The notes under the pieces were generated by a model. The model was not told the origin of the DNA and did not search any database. It saw only the letters and a list, made by a program, of their open reading frames with translations. Of a DNA stretch of 64,000 nt, positions 57,701 to 64,000 are shown piece after piece. The DNA comes from Phaeosaccion multiseriatum (Eukaryota > Protista > Ochrophyta, other classes): assembly GCA_965112735.1 (NCBI GenBank), contig OZ218953.1, positions 868,001 to 932,000 of the forward strand, in the 5' to 3' direction. The position numbers were made by a program, and so were the translations under genes. Each line of letters begins with the position of its first letter. Position 1 is the first letter of the stretch.

Positions 57701-60700
57701 CCCTCACTCACTCACTTCACTCACACACTCACTCACTTCTCCTCCTCCTCCTCCTCCTCCTCCTCCTCCTCCTCCTCCTCCTCCTCCTTTCATAGACCGC
57801 CATGGAGCTCCTGGAACAAGCACGCATGCGTAAGAAGTTGGGGTCCCGTGCAAGCAGCCACCCAAACCACGCCACCTACGTAGGGGTCATGACCGCTCTC
57901 TCGCAGTCCGGCAAGTGGGAGGCTGCCCTGGGTTTACTGAATGAGATGCAGGAGGAGCAAGACAGGGAGGAGAAGGAGAGGAAAGAAGGGAAGGGCAAGA
58001 GGAAGGTGAAGGAAGGGGAGGAAGAGGAAGCATCCTCCGCCTCCTCGTCCTCCATCGCACCCCAGATAGTGGCGTACAACACTGTGCTGCTGGCCTGCGA
58101 GAGGGCCGGCGAGTGGAAGGCGTGTCTCGAAGTGCTTGACATGGCGCTGGCAAGAGGGCTTAGTCCCAACGTTATCAGCTACAACACCACCATTAGCTGC
58201 TGCGGCAAGGCAGGACAATGGCTCAAGGCGTTAGCGCTCTTTAAGGTAGGAAAGGTGATGGGGGTGATGGGAGGTTGGGGGGGAGCTACATTTCGCACAG
58301 GAGCGAAGGGAGAAAGCAAGGGGCCGACCAGTCTCTCTGATGTCTTTCTCTCCCTGTGTGATGTCTGTCTGTCTGCTCTTTTCAGCCTTGTGTCTCTCAC
58401 TCTCTCACTCTCTTACACTCTCTCTCTCTCTCTCTCTCGTGTCTGTCGTATCTTGCCTTTTGGGTGTTATCTTTCATCCCTCTCTTCCGACCAACCCACA
58501 AATGGACACGCACGCAACCGAATGACCAACAGGTGATGAAGACGCGTGACATCACCCCTGACCTCTACTCGTACAACAGCCTGTGCCAGGCCTGTTCAGA
58601 GGCCTCCAAGAGAGGCGACCCCAACGCCTGGGAGAGAGCTCTCTCGCTGCTCGAGGAGGCCAGGAGGAAGGGGGTGCGTCCAGATCTGTGGACCTACACC
58701 TCTTGCATCAAGTAAGTCAGTGAGGCAGTCAGGCAGTAAAAATCAGTCAAGAGTGAAGGCGGCTGGCGGCTGAGCCTGGGGACTATAGCCCCGCATTACC
58801 TCTCCCTCTGAGCACCAACACCAACCCTCTTGCCCATCCTTACATTGACTGGCTCTGACTTAACTCTCGCTTGCTCGCACTGTCTTTCTCTCCCCTGTAT
58901 TACCAACTGGGCACTGATGTATTCAGCGCGTGTTCAAGGGCCGGGCGTGTGGCGGAGGCGATACACTTGCTGCGCAGCATGGAGTCGCAGAGCGGCGTCA
59001 AACCGGACACATTCGCCTACACATGTGCCCTCGACGCGTGCTCCAGAGTCAGCAAGGGAGGAGGAGGAGGAGGAGGAGGAGGAGGGGAAGGGGAAGGGGA
59101 GGAGGAAGGAGGGGAGGGAGGGGGGAGGGAGGAGCGCAAGTACTGGAGGCAGGCGCTGGATTTGCTAGATGAGATGCGTGTGAAGAACATTCCTATGAAC
59201 CACAGAACATACCGGGCTGCTATCGCGGTGAGTGAGTGAGCGGGGGAGGGAGGGAGGGAGGGAGGGAGGGAGGGAGGGAGGGAGGGAGGGAGGGAGGGAG
59301 GGAGGCAGGGAGGGAGGGAGGGAGGGAGGGAGGGAGGGAGGGAGGCAGGGAGGGAGGGAGGGAGGGAGGAAGGGAGGGAGGGAGGAAGGGAGGGAGGGAG
59401 GGAGGGAGGGAGGGGAGGGAGGGACGGAAGGAGTCGGAAGATGAAGGGAGAGAAGTAGGGAGTGAGTTGTGAGGATGGATATAGATGGGGAGACAAGTGG
59501 GAGCAGGCCCTCGGCATCCTCGACGGCGCTTTCACACACCGTTAACACGCCATGAACACACCTTTAACACACCTTTGACAAACCGTGAACACACAATTAA
59601 CACACCTTCAACACACCTTTGACACACAATGAACACATAATTAACAACACAGGCATGCGGGTGGGGAGGGAAGTGGGAGCAAGCCCTCGGCATCCTGGAC
59701 AGCGCTCGAGCAAGAGGCTACGCTGTTAATGACTTCATGATGAACGCAGCGATCAGGGCCATGCAGAGAGGGGGGCAATGGGAGAAGGCGGTGGAGCTAC
59801 TACAGCAGATGAAGCAGGAGGGCATCGCGGATTCCCACTCCTATACGTCTGTGAGTGGGAGGGAGGGAGGGAGGAGGAAGAGGAGGGGAGGGGGGGGGGG
59901 GTATATCTTAGAGAGGAGGGGAGGGGATACGCGTAAGAGCAGAGAAAGTATCATGTGATGTAATGTCATGTCATGTCATGTGATGTGATGTGATGTGATG
60001 TGATGAAACAGTGGTGCACGAAGAACCCAACCCCCCCCCCCCCCCACCCGCAAACACACGCCCATACACACGGACGCATACACACGCACACACGCGCACG
60101 CTCACACTCACACATAATACACAAGTCTTCATCTTCTCATCCTCACCTTCCCTCCCCTTCCCCTCCTGACCCCCCCCCCCCCCAGGCGATCCAAGCCTGC
60201 GGCGCAGCAGGGCGATGGCAAGAGAGCCTCACACTTATGGATGAGATGCGTGACCTTGGCCCGTCCGTACGGGGCCCCACCGTGTACACCTACACGGCCT
60301 GCATCTCTGCATGTGGTCGGTCTGGCGAGTGGAAGAAGGGACTTGAGTTGTTGAAGAACATGCAGATGGAGGGACTGACGCCGGATAGGGTGGCGTATAA
60401 CGCGGTGATTCACGCGTGCCTGGCCAGCAGTCAGTTCTCCAAGGCACTCGAGCTGTTCCACACCATGCAGGTATATAGGCATATAGGTGTATACATAAAT
60501 ACGTATGGGTGTGTCTCTATTCCGTGTGTTGATCTGAAGCTCCCCCATTCACTGCCATCCTCACCCCCCCCCCCCCGCCTCCTCCTCCTCCTCCTCCTCC
60601 TCAGGATGTTGGTCTGAAGCCCGATGAAGTGACCATGACCGACATGATCCTATCTCTGACCCGAGTGGGCAGACACGCAGAGGCCGACGACATCTTTCGG

Positions 60701-61050
60701 GAGGGAATGGAGAAGGCGATTTTGCCCATCTGTGAGCTGGACAGGTGAGGGAGTTGGTGATACGAAGAGGGGGAGGGAGGAGGCAGTTGTGAAAGCGTTG
60801 ACAAGATTTCTGCCTGTGTTTTGTACCCGCGCTGCCTTGGCTGACTCAATCTAGTTCTCTCCTCCTCCTCCTCCTCCTCCTCCTCCCCCCAAGTGACACT
60901 GAGATCGACTTGAGCTCTCTCGCACCCGCCCTGGCCAGAGCGAAGGTGAAGTATGTCCTGACCTCGGTAAGTCACTGATGAAGAGGTCGCGCCTAAGTCA
61001 ATGAGCAAGAGGTCATACCTACGCGCCTTCCGACCTACCTGCCTGTCTGT

Positions 61051-61087
<37 letters not shown>

Positions 61088-61922
61088 TGCCTATCCACCT
61101 TTGCCTTGCCAGCCTAACATTGCTGCATTGGCATTGCATTGATTACGTAAGGTTGCTACACATTGCGTTGCGTTGATTGAAATCATTGAGCGTGTTGTTT
61201 GCATCTTGACACTATGTTTGCTTGACACTACGTTTGCTTGACACTCATGTTTTGTTTGGCACTATGCTTTGCTTGACACACTTATGTTCGCTTGACAAAT
61301 GTTCCATCCCTCACGCGTACACACACAGGCCTTGATGAGCAGCGACGACACCGCCCGGCAGGCGCTGAGTAAGGCAGGATTGACACTCATCATCGGCACG
61401 GGGGGAACGAGGGCCACACACAGTGCCGCACAAGGCAAGGTGGGGGGCAGGCAGGCCGGCAGCAAGGGCAGGGGAAGGGGCAGGGGAAGGGGCAAGACCA
61501 CCTCAACGTCCATCTCTTTGGACAGCGACGAAGAGCGAGACGGCAGCGAGTATGCAGAGGCGTATGGAAAGGGCGGCGTTGTGTTTGAGGAAGAAGAGGA
61601 CGGCGAGTATGAAGGGGGTGATGGCGTTGAGGCGGATACCATGGCAGCGGTACATGAGCAGCAACTTCGCTTGGCTCGGCGGCTGAGGCACCAACAGCAG
61701 CAGCAACAGCGCTTCCCTTTGAAGCGTTTCCTGAAAGAGTCGCTGCGTACAGACTTTGAACCCGCCCTCACCGCCCTCGAGGCAGGAGAAGGAGGAGGAG
61801 GAGGAGGAGGAGGAGGAGGAGGGGGCGGCGCTACTAACTCTCTCTTTTCGGTGAGGGGCAAGGGGTGCCTGGAGATTGCGGGCTCGGAGCTTAGCGCGTG
61901 GTTTGCAGCACAATCCAAATAG
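54777..61922 (+). CDS. P-type pentatricopeptide repeat protein with a C-terminal SMR-like domain, probably plastid-targeted (many exons)
   Basis: More than 10 PPR motifs (e.g. PNVISYNTTISCCGKAGQWLKALALF, PTVYTYTACISACGRSGEWKKGLELL, PDRVAYNAVIHAC). C-terminal EIDLSSLAPALARAKVKYVL..LTLIIGTG..GCLEIAGSELSAWF. Leader ends ...AEAF. Confidence 0.9.
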
Positions 61923-62236
61923 AACATGTGGAGGTAATCCAAACAAGCTTCACCATCACCTCATTAGAGGGGTGAGGGGTGTGGAGGGGTGAGGGGTGAG
62001 GGGTGTGAAGGGGTGGGGCCTCTCTCCTTCTTTCTCTCTTTTGAGAGAGGCTACAAGAGTCAGAGAAGGGCACAGAGGGAAGAAGAACTGTCAGTTCCAG
62101 CCATTGGGATGGGGTGGGACAGAGTTGAGGGGAGGGGAGGGCAGGGGAGATTTTGTTGACTTTGAGGAATCAACCTAAGCATTACATCAACAGGAATGGG
62201 AGGGAGTTGGCCAACTACTTGGGGAATCAGGTATAT

Positions 62237-62492
62237 GGGCCAGGCATATGGGTCGGGCTTGTGGACCAGGCACATGGGTCGGGCTTGTGGGCCAGGCACA
62301 TGGATCAGGCTTGTGGGTCAGGCATATGGGTCGGGCTTGTGGGCCAGGCATATGGGTCGGGCTTGTTGAGCAGGCATATGGGTCTGGCTTGTTGAGCAGT
62401 CATATGGGTCGGGCTTGTGGGCCAGGCATATGGGTCAGGCTTATTGGCGAGGCATGTGGATCAGGCTTGTTGGCCAGGCATATGGGTCAGGT
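62237..62492 (+). repeat. Degenerate 26-bp minisatellite, about 10 copies (gggccaggcatatgggtcgggcttgt)
   Basis: Periodicity of about 26 bp is directly visible, and copies differ at several positions. Confidence 0.9.
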
Positions 62493-62898
62493 GTAACACT
62501 CGGTGTGACCCTCTGGCACTCTGTTTGGTGTCTTGTTGGTGCGTGCCTTCCTCATATATCTTAGGAGGAGCCTCCAATAGAGGAGGAGGAGTCGAAACTG
62601 TGCAAACTTCCCCATTTCCCAGCGAAATAAATAAAGTACCGTGAAAATAACGATTGATCGATCCAGAGAAGAGAGTCCTCTTAACTTGCCGTACAAGGTA
62701 TATATCCTCTTTACTTGCCGGACAAGGTATATATCTTCTTTACTCTATGCTCTATCCTTCGTCCTATACCCACTCAGTTCCTCAATTCATCTACTCCGAA
62801 GTAACTGTTCATCAGCCAACTCCGCTGGCCCGTCCCATCTATAGGACCACTGGCTGGTCAGTTAGCTCAACTGGCAACCCGTCCTTCCTCTGGTCAGC

Positions 62899-63513
62899 TC
62901 AACTGGCCTGTCCGGTGTAAGGCTGGTCACTGGGGCCTGAAGCCGCCATTGCAAGCTCAACACCGTTTGCTCCGAAGGCGGGCAGCTTGCTCAGGGCAGC
63001 CCAGCTCAGTCGACGGAGGTACTGAGGGAAGGGAAGGAGGACGGGAAGAGGGGAGGGGAGAGAGAGAGCGAGGAGAAGAGGGTGTGGTGTGAGTGGACTG
63101 GTTAGTTGCATGTATGTGTGTGTATGCGTGCCTCCCTATATGCCTCTCAAGTCCCCTCCTCCCCATCCACTGCCATCCCCCCCCTGCGCCTCCACAATCT
63201 CTTCCTGCCCATCCCCCATACGCCTCTAAATCTCCACCTCTCCCGATACCTTGTCTCTGGAAAGCATCGTTCCGCGTCGAACTCGTTGGATTTCCGCGGC
63301 TTCGTCCATCCAGCCTGAGTGAGGGTATAGGTGGTTGGGGGGGGGGAGGGAGGGAGGTAGGTTGTGCGAGAGGGAGAGAGAGAGAGAAAGGAGAGGGGTT
63401 TCCAAGTTGAGAGTGATACGAAGAGAGAATGGTCTGTAGAGAGTGGTCTGTGTGGCATCCGCATGTAGTGTCCTGTGAGGAGAGCGCGAAGGAGCCCAAC
63501 AAAGAGACCAAGA

Positions 63514-63560
<47 letters not shown>

Positions 63561-63913
63561 TACACACATACATACCACACATACAAACACGCACACGCAC
63601 ACACATACACACATGCATACACATACATACACATCTACTCACTCACCTAGCCACGCAGTGAGCACCTGGTCACACGCCTTCTCAAGCAGCGCGGCCCCTG
63701 CCTCGGACCCGTCCGTTCGCACAGACATCTTGGCAGGGCTTGCCAGGAGGCGGCCCTCGAAGGTGGGCTCGACGGGCAGAGGGGTCGTGCTGGGGTTGTT
63801 GACCACTTCCTCGCGGAGAGCGGAGATGCCCGGCTTGGTGTAGTACTGCTCGCGATACACCTCGTCGTAAGGCAGGTCCACTTTGCTGATGAGGTCAATC
63901 TCCGCCTCCAGGC
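62899..63913 (-). CDS. 3' exons of an unidentified gene continuing beyond the right edge
   Basis: Exon-like segments flanked by microsatellite introns: LEAEIDLISKVDLPYDEVYREQYYTKPGISALREEVV..LLEKACDQVLTAWL | GWTKPRKSNEFDAERCFPETRYRERWRF | YLRRLSWAALSKLPAFG. No family recognised. Confidence 0.55.
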
Positions 63914-63916
63914 CTA

Positions 63917-63991
<75 letters not shown>

Positions 63992-64000
63992 TAGCGAGAG

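Noticed and set aside
1-64000. tRNA, rRNA or telomeric repeats
   Set aside because: None recognisable by eye; tRNAscan-SE/Infernal would be needed to exclude small ncRNAs.

Overview
Intron-rich, GC-rich eukaryotic DNA with many microsatellites. It is most likely from a photosynthetic stramenopile (ochrophyte), because several proteins carry signal-peptide + 'AF' bipartite plastid-targeting leaders; a SHIPPO/ODF3-like gene suggests a flagellated stage. Host genes: class I methyltransferase (partial), plastid FKBP, ODF3/SHIPPO protein, GMC oxidoreductase, phosphoglycerate dehydrogenase, OvoA-C-terminal-like methyltransferase, FANCL, NF-YB, mitochondrial carrier, LRR-hemolysin III/PAQR fusion, histidinol dehydrogenase, carbonyl-reductase-like SDR and a PPR-SMR protein. 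The main discovery is a ~15.4 kb transposon-like element (about 35046-50468) inserted between the divergent hisD and SDR genes. It is bounded by 23-bp imperfect terminal inverted repeats and a 10-bp direct repeat (GACTTGTCAG). It carries a spliced, in-frame reading frame of >2,100 aa that joins an intact zinc-dependent deaminase domain (HAE...PCYAC) to a greatly enlarged Fanzor/TnpB-type RuvC nuclease (DPG...ExYTTKTC...CxxC...RD). This is a candidate natural RNA-guided deaminase-nuclease. Upstream in the element lies a decayed transposase-like region. Other notable items: two long near-perfect hairpins, a dispersed GATAG-rich MITE-like palindrome family and GC-AG introns. All calls come from manual motif reading; exon boundaries are inferred, not transcript-verified.
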